Shown piece after piece: positions 24,344 through 34,783 of a stretch of DNA of 64,000 bases; the stretch's first letter is position 1; each line of letters starts with the position of its first letter. Both the position numbers and the translations under genes were made by a program. Location of the stretch: contig JAAUPE010000015.1 of the NCBI GenBank assembly GCA_012034595.1, positions 352 through 64,351 of the forward strand, read 5' to 3'. The notes beneath the pieces were generated by a model that saw only the letters and a list, made by a program, of their open reading frames with translations, ran no database searches and was not told the origin of the DNA. This DNA comes from Calothrix sp. CSU_2_0 (GTDB lineage Bacteria; Cyanobacteriota; Cyanobacteriia; Cyanobacteriales; Nostocaceae).

Positions 24344-24775
24344 ATGTTTGATTTTGATGCAACTTTACCCTTCATGGCTTTGCAGTTTTTGCTCTTGTCG
24401 GCTTTGTTGAATGCAATTTTTTACAAACCGATGACAAAAGCATTAGACGATCGCGACAATTACATCAGAACCAATAAGGTTGATGCTCGCGAACGTTTGG
24501 ATAAATCTGAACGTTTAATCAAAGAATACGAGCAACAAATAGCGAATGCTCGCAAACAATCGCAAGCACTAATCACGCAAGCAGAAGCAGAAGCCCAACA
24601 AGTTTATGCTTCAAGAATTGCTGAAGCTCAACAAGCAGCTCAAGCTACTCGTGAACAAGCCGCTCGTGAAATCGAAGAGCAAAAGCAAGCAGCCCTAAGT
24701 TCCTTAGAACAACAAGTTGATTCCTTGAGTCATCAAATTCTGGGTAAACTCCTGGGACCAGGACTTGCAAGATAA
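24344..24775 (+). CDS. F0F1 ATP synthase subunit b' (cyanobacterial atpG)
   Basis: 143 aa with one N-terminal TM helix followed by a long charged helix. Its position between c and b fits the cyanobacterial atp1 operon order. Confidence 0.85.
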   Translation: MFDFDATLPFMALQFLLLSALLNAIFYKPMTKALDDRDNYIRTNKVDARERLDKSERLIKEYEQQIANARKQSQALITQAEAEAQQVYASRIAEAQQAAQATREQAAREIEEQKQAALSSLEQQVDSLSHQILGKLLGPGLAR

Positions 24776-25032
24776 AAACGATACATTCAAATTTGCCACA
24801 TAGGTCCCACAAACCTACGCGCACAAGGGAATTAAAATAAATGGGAAAGCAGAACCCAGAACTCAGAACATTTATTGATATCGTCAAGAGTCCCTAAAGC
24901 TGTATTCTGAATTCTGACCACCGTATTCTTATTGTTAATTGCCCTTAGTTGAGTGTTTAAATTAGCACCTTTCTCCCACAGTGAGAATTTAATTTTGTTA
25001 GCAATTAAGCAGCGCAGTTGTAGATAGGTATA

Positions 25033-25572
25033 ATGGGCACTTTGTTATTACTGGCGACAGAAGCGATCGCCGCTCACGAAGAAGGTGGTTTTGGTCTGAA
25101 CCTAGACATCTTTGAAACCAATATCATCAACTTGGCTCTCCTAGTTGGGATATTGGTTGTTTTTGGGCGTAAGTTATTAGTTAGCACTTTAAGCGAACGC
25201 CGTATAGCGATAGAAGCAACGATTCAAGAAGCCGAGCAGCGACTCAAAGAATCGGCAGCTGCCCTAAAAGAAGCAGAGAACAGCGTCAAAGATTCAGCTG
25301 CTGAAGCCGAACGTATTCGCTCTTCCGGAGAAGCAAGCGCTCAAGCTGCGAAAGAAGCAATTTTAGCAAAAGCATCAATAGACGTGCAACGTTTGAAAGA
25401 AGTCGCTGCTGCCGATCTAAACACCGAACGAGACAAAGCGATCGCCAGCGTGCGATCGCGTGTTGTCGCGATGGCATTAGAAAAAGTAGAATCGGAACTC
25501 AAAACAGGGGTTTCAGAAGACACACAGCAAACTTTGATTGACCGCAGCATTGCGCTACTGGGAGGACGTTAG
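25033..25572 (+). CDS. atpF: F0F1 ATP synthase subunit b
   Basis: 179 aa with one TM helix and an A/E/K-rich helix. The stop overlaps the start of the delta gene. Confidence 0.85.
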   Translation: MGTLLLLATEAIAAHEEGGFGLNLDIFETNIINLALLVGILVVFGRKLLVSTLSERRIAIEATIQEAEQRLKESAAALKEAENSVKDSAAEAERIRSSGEASAQAAKEAILAKASIDVQRLKEVAAADLNTERDKAIASVRSRVVAMALEKVESELKTGVSEDTQQTLIDRSIALLGGR

Positions 25573-26127
25573 ATGAAAAGTACTGTAGCCACCGAAGAAA
25601 TTGCTGCACCTTATGCACAGGCTTTGATGTCCGTAGCAAAATCTAATAGCCTTACCGAAGCGTTTGGTAATGATGCGCGGAGTTTAATCACTTTGCTAAG
25701 TGAAAGCGAACCCCTTTCTAGTTTTCTCGACAACCCTTTTGTGCAAACAGAAAGTAAGAAAGCAGTCATCAAGCGCATATTGAGTGACGATACAAATGCT
25801 TCGTTCCGGAATTTCTTACTGCTATTGGTTGACAGAAAGCGGATTTATTTGCTGGATGCAATTTGCCAGCAGTATTTAGCGTTGCTGCGTGAATTGAATC
25901 AAACCGTACTCGCAGAAGTAATTTCTGCGGTTCCCCTCTCGTCCGAACAAGAGCAAGCTGTTAAAGAAAGAGTCATCACAATGACCAATGCTCGCGAAGT
26001 AGAACTAAGTCAGAAAGTTGACCCCAATCTAATTGGTGGAGTCATCATCAAAGTTGGCTCCCAAGTAATAGACGCGAGTTTACGCGGTCAATTGCGTCGT
26101 TTGTCTTTGCGTTTAACTAGTTCATAA
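25573..26127 (+). CDS. atpH: F0F1 ATP synthase subunit delta (cyanobacterial atpD)
   Basis: 184 aa, OSCP-like (YAQALMSVA.., GGVIIKVGSQVIDASLRGQL). Confidence 0.9.
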   Translation: MKSTVATEEIAAPYAQALMSVAKSNSLTEAFGNDARSLITLLSESEPLSSFLDNPFVQTESKKAVIKRILSDDTNASFRNFLLLLVDRKRIYLLDAICQQYLALLRELNQTVLAEVISAVPLSSEQEQAVKERVITMTNAREVELSQKVDPNLIGGVIIKVGSQVIDASLRGQLRRLSLRLTSS

Positions 26128-26295
26128 ACATGGGAATCGGGCATAGAGAATGGGGCATAGGGCACAGAATCTCAGGCATTATAAATAGAAATTAAAGAAT
26201 AATTCTATTGTTATTCAATCATCAATGCCCATTGCCCCTTGCCCCTTGCCCCTTGCCCATTGCCTATTACCCAAATTTCTAATAAAGATAGAAAC

Positions 26296-27810
26296 ATGAG
26301 TATTTCAATCAGACCAGACGAAATCAGCAGTATTATTCAACAGCAAATCGAGCAATACGACCAAGGGGTTAAAGTTGCTAACGTCGGCACCGTACTCCAA
26401 ATTGGTGACGGTGTTGCTCGCGTTTATGGCTTGGAAAAAGCAATGGCGGGAGAACTTCTAGAATTTGAAGATGGTACAGTTGGTATCGCTTTGAACTTAG
26501 AAGAAGATAACGTCGGTGTGGTATTGATGGGTGAAGGTCGCAACATCCAAGAAGGAAGTACCGTAACTGCCACCGGACGCATTGCCCAGATTCCCGTAGG
26601 TGAAGCCACAGTTGGACGTGTGGTTGACGCTTTGGGTCGTCCCATCGACGGTAAAGGGGAAATTAAATCCAGCGAAACCCGTTTAATTGAATCGATGGCT
26701 CCCGGTATTATTGCTCGTCGTTCGGTACACGAACCGATGCAAACTGGGATTACTGCTATCGACTCAATGATACCCATCGGTCGTGGACAGCGCGAATTAA
26801 TTATTGGTGACCGTCAAACAGGTAAAACCGCGATCGCAGTTGACACCATCATCAACCAAAAAGGCGAAGATGTAATATGCGTATACGTTGCGATCGGTCA
26901 AAAAGCCTCGACCGTAGCAAACGTTGTGCAGACATTACAAGAAAAAGGTGCGATGGACTACACAATCGTTGTCGCCGCCAGCGCATCCGAACCCGCACCA
27001 CTCCAATTCTTAGCACCATACTCAGGTGCAGCACTTGCTGAGTACTTTATGTACAAAGGCAAAGCAACCTTGATTATTTATGATGACTTGTCCAAGCAAG
27101 CTGCGGCATACCGTCAGATGTCTTTGTTGCTGCGCCGTCCACCAGGTCGCGAAGCTTATCCTGGTGACGTATTTTACATTCACTCCCGTCTCCTCGAACG
27201 TGCGGCTAAACTCAGTGACGAACTCGGTGCAGGTAGCATGACCGCACTACCCATCATCGAAACCCAAGCGGGTGACGTATCGGCATATATTCCTACCAAC
27301 GTAATTTCGATTACCGACGGTCAGATTTTCCTATCCTCCAACTTATTTAACTCAGGCATTCGTCCCGCAGTTAACCCCGGTGTCTCCGTATCCCGTGTGG
27401 GTTCGGCAGCCCAAACCAAAGCGATGAAAAAAGTCGCAGGTAAAATCAAACTTGAACTTGCTCAGTTCGACGACCTCCAAGCATTCGCACAGTTTGCCTC
27501 TGACTTGGATAAAGCCACCCAAGACCAACTCGCACGGGGTGTACGTTTGCGCGAATTGCTCAAACAGCCCCAAAACTCCCCATTATCTGTATCCGAACAA
27601 GTAGCAATTCTGTACGCAGGTATCAATGGTTACTTGGATGAAATACCCGTTGATAAAATTGTCACCTTCGCCAAAGGTCTTCGGGACTACTTAAAGAGCA
27701 GCAAACCCGCATACTCGCAAGCCGTACAATCCTCGAAATTAATGGGTGATGCCGAAGAAGCAGCGCTCAAAGAAGGTATCACGGAATACAAGAAAACTTT
27801 CTTGGCATAA
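26296..27810 (+). CDS. atpA: F0F1 ATP synthase subunit alpha
   Basis: Walker [10 protein letters not shown] chose the canonical N-terminus [19 protein letters not shown] at ATG 26296 over the upstream alternative at 26239. Confidence 0.97.
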   Translation: MSISIRPDEISSIIQQQIEQYDQGVKVANVGTVLQIGDGVARVYGLEKAMAGELLEFEDGTVGIALNLEEDNVGVVLMGEGRNIQEGSTVTATGRIAQIPVGEATVGRVVDALGRPIDGKGEIKSSETRLIESMAPGIIARRSVHEPMQTGITAIDSMIPIGRGQRELIIGDRQTGKTAIAVDTIINQKGEDVICVYVAIGQKASTVANVVQTLQEKGAMDYTIVVAASASEPAPLQFLAPYSGAALAEYFMYKGKATLIIYDDLSKQAAAYRQMSLLLRRPPGREAYPGDVFYIHSRLLERAAKLSDELGAGSMTALPIIETQAGDVSAYIPTNVISITDGQIFLSSNLFNSGIRPAVNPGVSVSRVGSAAQTKAMKKVAGKIKLELAQFDDLQAFAQFASDLDKATQDQLARGVRLRELLKQPQNSPLSVSEQVAILYAGINGYLDEIPVDKIVTFAKGLRDYLKSSKPAYSQAVQSSKLMGDAEEAALKEGITEYKKTFLA

Positions 27811-27917
27811 ACGAATTTTGGATTACCTTGCGGAGTCTAAAGATTTTGGATTTTGGATTAAACTAAAATCCAAAATTCCGAATCTAAAATCTAAAATCTA
27901 AAATCTAAAATCCGATT
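27811..27917. repeat. STRR (TTTTGGA / AAAATCT heptamers) filling the whole atpA to gamma spacer, with an internal 10-bp hairpin
   Basis: attttggatt (27850-27859) pairs with aatccaaaat (27867-27876). AAAATCT units run to 7 nt before the start codon at 27918. Confidence 0.8.
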
Positions 27918-28865
27918 ATGGCAAACTTAAAAGCGATTCGCGATCGCATTCAATCAGTTAAAAATACCAAAAAAATTACCGAAGCAATGCGGCTAGTAGC
28001 AGCAGCACGGGTACGACGCGCTCAAGAACAAGTGCTTTCTACCCGTCCCTTTGCTGACCGTTTGGCACAGGTACTTTATGGTTTACAAACCCGCTTGCGA
28101 TTTGAAGAAGCAGACTTACCCCTACTCAGAAAACGCCAAGTCAAAACCGTAGGTATTTTGGTAGTTTCCGGGGATAGAGGTTTGTGTGGTGGCTACAACT
28201 CCAGCGTCATCAAACGTGCAGAAATTCGGGCTAAGGAACTCAAAGCCGAAGGTTTGAACTATAAATTTGTCATTGTTGGACGCAAGGCAAGTCAATACTT
28301 CCAACGTCGCGAATACCCAATCGATGCTACCTTCATCGGTTTAGAGCAAATTCCCACCGCACCAGAAGCAAGCAACATTGCTGACGAACTACTGTCGCTA
28401 TTTCTATCGGAAAGCGTAGACAGAATCGAATTAATTTACACAAAATTCGTTTCTCTCGTTAGTTCCCGTCCTGTTGTCCAAACCTTGCTTCCACTCGATA
28501 CCCAAGGTTTAGAAGCCGCAGACGACGAAATTTTCCGGCTAACTACCCGTGGTGGTCAATTTGAAGTTGCACGGGAAAAAGTGACAACGGAAATGCGTGC
28601 CTTCCCCCGCGATATGATTTTTGAGCAAGACCCAGTACAAATACTGGATTCGTTGTTACCTTTGTATCTCAGCAACCAATTATTGCGAGCATTACAGGAA
28701 TCAGCAGCCAGCGAACTCGCAGCCCGGATGACCGCAATGAGCAACGCCAGCGAAAACGCCGCTCAACTCATTGGCACCCTAACATTAGGTTATAACAAAG
28801 CCCGTCAAGCCGCAATTACCCAAGAAATCCTTGAGGTAGTTGGTGGTGCAGAAGCACTCACTTAA
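27918..28865 (+). CDS. atpG: F0F1 ATP synthase subunit gamma (cyanobacterial atpC)
   Basis: 315 aa, [30 protein letters not shown] .. [15 protein letters not shown]. Confidence 0.96.
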   Translation: MANLKAIRDRIQSVKNTKKITEAMRLVAAARVRRAQEQVLSTRPFADRLAQVLYGLQTRLRFEEADLPLLRKRQVKTVGILVVSGDRGLCGGYNSSVIKRAEIRAKELKAEGLNYKFVIVGRKASQYFQRREYPIDATFIGLEQIPTAPEASNIADELLSLFLSESVDRIELIYTKFVSLVSSRPVVQTLLPLDTQGLEAADDEIFRLTTRGGQFEVAREKVTTEMRAFPRDMIFEQDPVQILDSLLPLYLSNQLLRALQESAASELAARMTAMSNASENAAQLIGTLTLGYNKARQAAITQEILEVVGGAEALT

Positions 28866-29095
28866 AAGTGAGGAGTTAAGAATTAAGAGTTAAGGGACTT
28901 CCAAAAAATAAAATACCCCAATTATAAACAGACTCGATCGTATCATCCCGTAAGGGCGGGGTAATCCCGCCCCTACAATACTTATGATTTGGATAATTTA
29001 TTTCTTGGTGTTCCCTAAGAATTAAAAACTCCTAACTCCTAACTTTTAACTCCTAACTCCTAACTCCTAACTCCTAACTTTTTTAAAGGTGGCGT
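28866..29095. repeat. Long imperfect inverted STRR arms flanking a GC palindrome; probable end of the atp operon
   Basis: aggagttaagaattaagagttaaggga faces tccctaagaattaaaaactcctaactcct (CTAACTC heptamers). The central palindrome is gtaagggcggggtaatcccgcccctac. Confidence 0.5.
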
Positions 29096-29135
29096 TTTTT
29101 GAAATCTTGTACTACAATATAAATATCCAAATCAT

Positions 29136-29517
29136 GGGTCTGTACTGGTTTCGATTGGGTGGCGAAGGCTTCTCGTTGATGCAGGTCGAGAGCGAGTCGC
29201 ATCTCGTAAATCAAGGCTCAAAACAATAGATGCAAACAACATCGTAAAATTTGCTCGTAAGGAAGTACTAGCTACTGCCTAAAAGCCTCTTATAGGTTCG
29301 AGCGTTTCTAGTGTGACTCCGTTAAGTACTAGAGACAACCCCCAACGGATGCTCTGACAAGTTTTCTTTAGTGGGCTTGTTGGCTAAGATTTCGCTAAAG
29401 CATCCTACGTTCGGGATAATGAACGATTCCCGCCTTGAGGGTCAGATAGGCTAAACCTGTGAATGATGCGGGGGTTAATACCCATGCAACACGGCAGTTC
29501 GATTCTGCCCAGATCCA
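29136..29517 (+). ncRNA. ssrA: tmRNA (one-piece), tag reading frame ANNIVKFARKEVLATA*
   Basis: The 5' GGGUCUG pairs with the 3' CAGAUCC, including a G3:U pair. The T-arm is ggcag-ttcgatt-ctgcc. The resume codon GCA is at 29232 and the stop TAA at 29280-29282. Confidence 0.93.
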
Positions 29518-29538
29518 CTATCAATAATAATTAGTTAG

Positions 29539-29576
29539 TCCACTGTAAAATTTTATTTGTCAGTGGAATTTTTTAT
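29539..29576 (+). terminator. Hairpin plus T-run downstream of ssrA
   Basis: tccactg (29539-29545) pairs with cagtgga (29561-29567), followed by aatttttt. Confidence 0.45.
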
Positions 29577-29614
29577 GGGTGAATTATGTTGTAGTTTGTC
29601 AAAATCCTGAATCA

Positions 29615-29740
29615 CGACTATCTCAGATTCCCGACTTCTAACTATGCTTGTTATCAAGTTTAAAGCGACTATCTCAGATTCCCGACTTCTAACTATGCTT
29701 GTTATCAAGTTTAAAGCGATCGCGCAGAAGTCGGGAATCT
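29615..29740. repeat. Perfect 51-bp tandem duplication followed by an inverted copy of a 15-nt segment of the unit
   Basis: Copy 1 is 29615-29665 and copy 2 is 29666-29716. agattcccgacttct (29625-39 and 29676-90) faces agaagtcgggaatct (29726-40). Confidence 0.9.
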
Positions 29741-29756
29741 TGAACCTGGGAATAAA

Positions 29757-30836
29757 TTAAGGTTTTATCTGCCAAACTTTCACAGATTTATCACCGCTAC
29801 CACTATATAAAGTCTTGCCATCACGACTCAATGCAAGTCCATAGATTCCACCTCCATGTCCTATTAATTCGCTGATTTTTTTCAGCGTTTTCATATCCTG
29901 TATGATGATGTTTCTACCCATACCACCAGCAATAAATGTCTGATTATCAGGACTAATTACTAAAGCGTCAATACTTGTACCAAGAGAAAGATTGTGAACT
30001 AATTTCCCTGTTTTCAAGTTCCAAGCTTTGAAACTTTTTCCATCCGTGCTTCTAACTCCACCTGAGTTATAGCTGTCATCATATCCACCACTGAGAAGCA
30101 TGTTTCCATCGCTACTAACAGCAAGCGTAATTGGTGCTGATGCTCGTTCCGAACCGTTGATTAGGTCTTCTTTTTTGGGTAGTGGTGGGGTAAAACTTCG
30201 CAGTTGTTTACCTGTTGCCATACTCCAAATGCGGATTTTTCCACCATTTTCACCACCACTAAATAGGGTTTTGCCATCACGACTAATTGTCAGTGCTGTG
30301 GTGTCAGTTTTGAGTATCCGGTCAATTTTTTTAGTTTTGAGATTCCTAAACTTGATAGTGCGATCGCTACTACCACTAATTAAAGTTTGTCCATCCGGAG
30401 TCAAAACCATCCCATTAACTCCAGCTTTTTCGTTAATTGTCCGAATCTCTTTCCCTGTTTGAGGATTCCAGAATTTGATGGTGTTATCGAAACTAGTACT
30501 AATTACTGTTTGCCCATCTGGAGTGATAATAATTGATTTAATGCGATCGCGATGTCCTGTTAAGGTATGGAGTAATGTATTTGTACTTAGATTCCAGAGT
30601 TTGATTGTTTTATCATCACCACCACTAGCAAGGATTTTACCATCTGGGGAAAGGGTTAATGCGCGGACAGGTTCGGTATGTCCTGATAAAGTTAATTTGA
30701 ATTGCTTTGGTTGTTGAGCATTGCTTGGGGAATTCGCTGGTGTATTTGCTGTAACTGGAGAATAAATAATACTGGCAGTGCTAGATAGGGAAAAAACAAG
30801 TAATGCTAAGGTTTTAAATAAAATAGATAATTTCAT
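29757..30836 (-). CDS. Secreted or periplasmic WD40-repeat (beta-propeller) protein
   Basis: N-terminal signal peptide MKLSILFKTLALLVFSLSSTASI, followed by about 7 WD-like repeats (TLTGH.., IKLWN, IKFWN, VKVWQ). Confidence 0.85.
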   Translation of the reverse strand: MKLSILFKTLALLVFSLSSTASIIYSPVTANTPANSPSNAQQPKQFKLTLSGHTEPVRALTLSPDGKILASGGDDKTIKLWNLSTNTLLHTLTGHRDRIKSIIITPDGQTVISTSFDNTIKFWNPQTGKEIRTINEKAGVNGMVLTPDGQTLISGSSDRTIKFRNLKTKKIDRILKTDTTALTISRDGKTLFSGGENGGKIRIWSMATGKQLRSFTPPLPKKEDLINGSERASAPITLAVSSDGNMLLSGGYDDSYNSGGVRSTDGKSFKAWNLKTGKLVHNLSLGTSIDALVISPDNQTFIAGGMGRNIIIQDMKTLKKISELIGHGGGIYGLALSRDGKTLYSGSGDKSVKVWQIKP

Positions 30837-30980
30837 TAGTGATAGTATTTAGATATATTTTATACTTATAAATTAATAACGCCAAAATCTAGCTTGTAGT
30901 TCCCCTGATGTCCCAATACGGTACTGCGGAGCAGTAACAAGCTACGGTTAAGACAACAAATATAGCTAGAATCCTCGTAA

Positions 30981-31001
30981 AGACGTTCCGGTGGAACGTC
31001 T
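30981..31001. repeat. Small palindromic dispersed repeat (AGACG-type, GGT loop)
   Basis: agacgttcc-ggt-ggaacgtct. It explains the ETFHRNV peptide in the spurious ORF 30889..31191. Confidence 0.6.
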
Positions 31002-31130
31002 CCAGAAACTTAACGGAAGCGTAAGGTTGAATTATCTTAGTCAATGGCAAGCTGAAGCCAGTCTTTCTCCTTTTCATTTTCTTTCGCCAAACGATATCAT
31101 TACTAAGGTGTCGTCTCTTCCTTAGTACCC

Positions 31131-33779
31131 ATGCAAGCTGAACTAATCCCAACCACCCAAACCATCTTAAAACGTCCTGAACTATTAGCACCTGCTGGTA
31201 ATTGGGAATGTGCTAAAGCTGCCGTCGAGAATGGTGCAGATGCAATTTATTTCGGCTTGGAAAAGTTCAATGCGAGGATGCGGGCAGAAAATTTTACCGA
31301 GGCTGATTTACCGGAATTAATGGAGTTTCTCCATCTCCGGGGTGTCAAGGGCTATGTCACTCTTAATACATTAGTTTTTCCCCAAGAATTGCGTGAGGCT
31401 GAAAGATATCTGCGAGGGATTATTACTGCTGGTGTAGATGCGGTAATTGTCCAAGATATTGGTATTTGCCGTCTGATTCGTCATCTTTCGCCAGACTTTC
31501 CGATTCATGCTTCCACACAGATGACGATTACAAGCGAAGTTGGTGTGGAATTTGCGGAGGAGTTAGGGTGTAATTTAGTTGTACTGGCACGGGAATGTTC
31601 GCTTCCGGAAATTAATAAAATCCAAAATCGGATGCAGTATCGCGGTGCAACTTTGCCATTGGAAGTGTTCGTACATGGGGCTTTGTGCGTTGCTTATTCG
31701 GGACAATGTTTGACGAGTGAGGCTTTAGGAGGACGTTCGGCAAATCGGGGAGAATGCGCTCAAGCTTGCCGAATGCCCTATGAGTTGATTGTTGATGGGG
31801 AGAGTATCGATTTGGGGGATAAGAGGTATCTTCTGAGTCCCCAAGATTTGGCTGGATTAAGTGTTTTGCCGGATTTGGTACAAACAGGAGTAAGCTGTCT
31901 CAAAATTGAAGGAAGATTGAAAGCACCTGAGTATGTGGCAAATGTTACTAAGGTTTATCGGGAAGCATTAGATCGATTGCTGGGGGAATTGGAGGAACAA
32001 GCAGAACAGGAAAAAACTTCTTCATCCTCAGAGGAAACTTCAAATTCCCGACTTTCCCATCCTCTAGTTAGCAATCCTTCCCCAGAGGAAATTTATAATC
32101 TCGAAATGGCTTTTTCCCGTGGAATTTATACTGGTTGGTTCCGGGGAATTAACAATCAGGAGTTGGTTCACGCTCGGTTTGGGAAGAAGCGGGGGGTATA
32201 TTTGGGAGAGGTGAAAGGGATTCGTAATGAAGAGGTGACTCTCAAATTGGCAGTTCCACTCAAGGCTGGGGATGGTATTGTATTTGACTGTGGGCATCCG
32301 GAGATGAAGGAGGAAGGAGGACGGGTTTATGGGGTACAACGAAAAGGTAAGGAGACAATAATTAGTTTTGGGAAGGGTAATATTAATTGGCAACGGGTAC
32401 ATGTTGGGGATAAATTGTGGAAGACTAACGACCCGGAATTAGATAAACGATTACGACAAAGTTATGCTGGTGAAATACCACAATTTCAGCGTCCAATTGA
32501 TATTGAAGTGCATGGGGAAGTTGGCAAAAATTTGGTGACTGTGACTCGTGATGAATTTGGTTATGCGGTTTTGGTTGAGTCGGAGATTTTTTTACAGGAA
32601 GCTCATACTAAACCCCTAACAACGGAGAAGTTACAGGAACAATTTGGTCGGTTGGGGAATACTCCTTTTAAGTTGGGTAATTTGGTCAATCATCTTCAGG
32701 GTAATGTGATTTTACCTGTGAGTGAATTAAATAGAATTAGACGAGAAATTATCGCTAAGTTAGAAGCAGAACGGGGAAAATATAGACCTTGGAAATTGAA
32801 TCATGATGCTTCTTTAAAAAACTTATTGGCTTTGTTAGATGGGGAGATGGTGAATAATTTTGATTTATATAATCATAAAAATAAACATCATTTGGAAGAT
32901 GCAAAATCTCTAAATTTAATTGTCTTAGTGCGTAATTTAAGACAGCTTCAAGCCGCTATTGATACGAATATTCGTACTATTTATTGTGAATTTGAGGATA
33001 TACGCAAGTATCGAGATGCTGTAGAAATGGTCAAGGGGCAAAAATCTTCAGTTTCTCCAATTCCCGAAATTTTTATTGCTCCTCCACGAATTACGAAACC
33101 TGGAGAAAATTGGATTTTAAAACAGATACATTCGCATGGTGCTGATGGTTATTTGATACGCAATTATGACCAACTTAAGTTCTTTGCCAGTGATAGATGT
33201 GTTGGCGATTTTTCACTAAATATAGCTAATGCTTTAACTGCTGATTATTTCAAAAATAAATTTGGTTTAGAGAGAATCACAGCTTCTTATGATTTGAATA
33301 TTAATCAATTGGAGGATTTAATTACTAGTTCTCCTCCGCATTGGTATGAAGTAACCATACATCAACATATGCCAATGTTTCACATGGAACATTGCGTTTT
33401 TTGTGCGTTTTTATCAGATGGTACTGATTTTACCAATTGTGGTAGACCTTGCGAAAAACATGAAGTGAAATTGCGAGAATCTCGGTTTGGTAGCGAGCAT
33501 ATTTTACAAGCTGATGTCGGTTGTAGAAATACGGTTTTTAATGCTACTGCTCAAACTGGAGCAGAGTATGTACAAAAGTTAATTAATTTGGGTTTGCAAA
33601 GTTTTAGAATTGAATTTGTGAATGAATCACCAGAAGATGTCGCACAAACTATACAAAGATATCGACAGTTATTGCGAGGGAATATTACAGGTTCACAGTT
33701 GTGGAAAGAGTTGAAATTGCAGAGTCAATTAGGTGTAACTCGCGGGACAAATCGAGCGATTAATAAAGGAGGTGGATAA
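31131..33779 (+). CDS. Large U32-family peptidase-like protein
   Basis: N-terminus KRPELLAPAGNWE and the U32 signature E.FVHGALCVAYSGQCL.S. 882 aa, like the long cyanobacterial U32 forms. Confidence 0.85.
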   Translation: MQAELIPTTQTILKRPELLAPAGNWECAKAAVENGADAIYFGLEKFNARMRAENFTEADLPELMEFLHLRGVKGYVTLNTLVFPQELREAERYLRGIITAGVDAVIVQDIGICRLIRHLSPDFPIHASTQMTITSEVGVEFAEELGCNLVVLARECSLPEINKIQNRMQYRGATLPLEVFVHGALCVAYSGQCLTSEALGGRSANRGECAQACRMPYELIVDGESIDLGDKRYLLSPQDLAGLSVLPDLVQTGVSCLKIEGRLKAPEYVANVTKVYREALDRLLGELEEQAEQEKTSSSSEETSNSRLSHPLVSNPSPEEIYNLEMAFSRGIYTGWFRGINNQELVHARFGKKRGVYLGEVKGIRNEEVTLKLAVPLKAGDGIVFDCGHPEMKEEGGRVYGVQRKGKETIISFGKGNINWQRVHVGDKLWKTNDPELDKRLRQSYAGEIPQFQRPIDIEVHGEVGKNLVTVTRDEFGYAVLVESEIFLQEAHTKPLTTEKLQEQFGRLGNTPFKLGNLVNHLQGNVILPVSELNRIRREIIAKLEAERGKYRPWKLNHDASLKNLLALLDGEMVNNFDLYNHKNKHHLEDAKSLNLIVLVRNLRQLQAAIDTNIRTIYCEFEDIRKYRDAVEMVKGQKSSVSPIPEIFIAPPRITKPGENWILKQIHSHGADGYLIRNYDQLKFFASDRCVGDFSLNIANALTADYFKNKFGLERITASYDLNINQLEDLITSSPPHWYEVTIHQHMPMFHMEHCVFCAFLSDGTDFTNCGRPCEKHEVKLRESRFGSEHILQADVGCRNTVFNATAQTGAEYVQKLINLGLQSFRIEFVNESPEDVAQTIQRYRQLLRGNITGSQLWKELKLQSQLGVTRGTNRAINKGGG

Positions 33780-33834
33780 GATAAATTACTTCTTAGGTAT
33801 CATCTCAAAAGTAAGTGGAACCAATTAATAAAAG

Positions 33835-33856
33835 TAATGCGATCGCATTATTTTTA
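33835..33856 (+). terminator. HIP1-centred palindrome plus T-run after the U32 gene
   Basis: taatgcgatcgcatta followed by ttttta. Confidence 0.35.
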
Positions 33857-34113
33857 TTAAGTGCAAAAATTTTAATCGCGTTTATGTAAAGTTCAAAATT
33901 TGTAGATAGTAAGTAATTAGGACTTACGCATTGACAGGAAATATTAAATTAAAAACCAGAAAACTCAAATTGTCATGCTTTTTTACGGAAGCATCTTTCT
34001 GGCAATTCCCGGTAGTTTCTTTTCTTTGTGAAGGTTAAAACCTCCTCATTTGCTCCGCAGGGTACGAAGTAAAGGGTTACACACTCTTCGACGCGCAAGC
34101 AAGATAATATACC

Positions 34114-34227
34114 TTACTGCCCCAAAAAGCCAGTTAACAGCAGAGGAATCAAAATTAGCGCACCCAGAATAAAGACAACAGTTACAGGATCGATGTTGAT
34201 TGTGTATTTATCTTTTTGCTGTGGCAT
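34114..34227 (-). CDS. Unannotated 37-aa single-TM small protein (below the ORF-track cutoff)
   Basis: The minus strand reads atgccacagcaaaaagat...ggggcagtaa and encodes MPQQKDKYTINIDPVTVVFILGALILIPLLLTGFLGQ. A purine-rich aaaggtg lies 5 nt upstream of the ATG. It is the only ORF in a 1-kb gap. Confidence 0.35.
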   Translation of the reverse strand: MPQQKDKYTINIDPVTVVFILGALILIPLLLTGFLGQ

Positions 34228-34783
34228 TTTACACCTTTTTTACTGACATGGTATCTTTAGGAATGTTGAGACAAAACCGATGTAAAGATAAATTTAATTT
34301 TAAATTACTACAGGATTTTCTGTAAAAACTTTTTTCCTCTGCGGTCAAAAAACTGATTTTATGAGAGTTTCGCAACATTTTCGCAACAATATCTATCGAA
34401 ATCTGTTTAAAAAGTGTAAATTAGCACTGTACTATCTGAAGGTAGTTGATTTATACTTTTGATTCCTATTTTTGATTTTCTTTTTAATTTATTAATTGGC
34501 TTAATTATTTAAATACCTAATAAAGTTCTCAATTAATCCAAAATCCTGCCTTGAAAAGTTTGCACCGTGTGGAAAGCGCAGAGTGCTACAAAGCTCTTAA
34601 CCCGCGAAACTTTGCTTGTCAGAATAAATCTCCCAGCAAGTTCTCTTTACACGACAGTTCTCTTTGCACCTAACTTTTTGCAAAATATGAAATCCAAAAT
34701 CGTTCGACTGAGCTTGCCAAAATCCAAAATCTAAAATCTAAAATCTAAAATCAATTTAAGTGCTTTTGCTTGAGAAAAATACG

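Noticed and set aside
26239-26295. Upstream alternative start for atpA
   Set aside because: The extension is the translation of a CCCCTTG/CCCATTG repeat tract. ATG 26296 gives the canonical alpha-subunit N-terminus.
30889-31191. 100-aa minus-strand ORF overlapping the U32 gene start
   Set aside because: It spans an intergenic region containing the palindromic repeat (giving the ETFHRNV peptide). It overlaps the start of a well-supported gene and has a basic, low-complexity composition.
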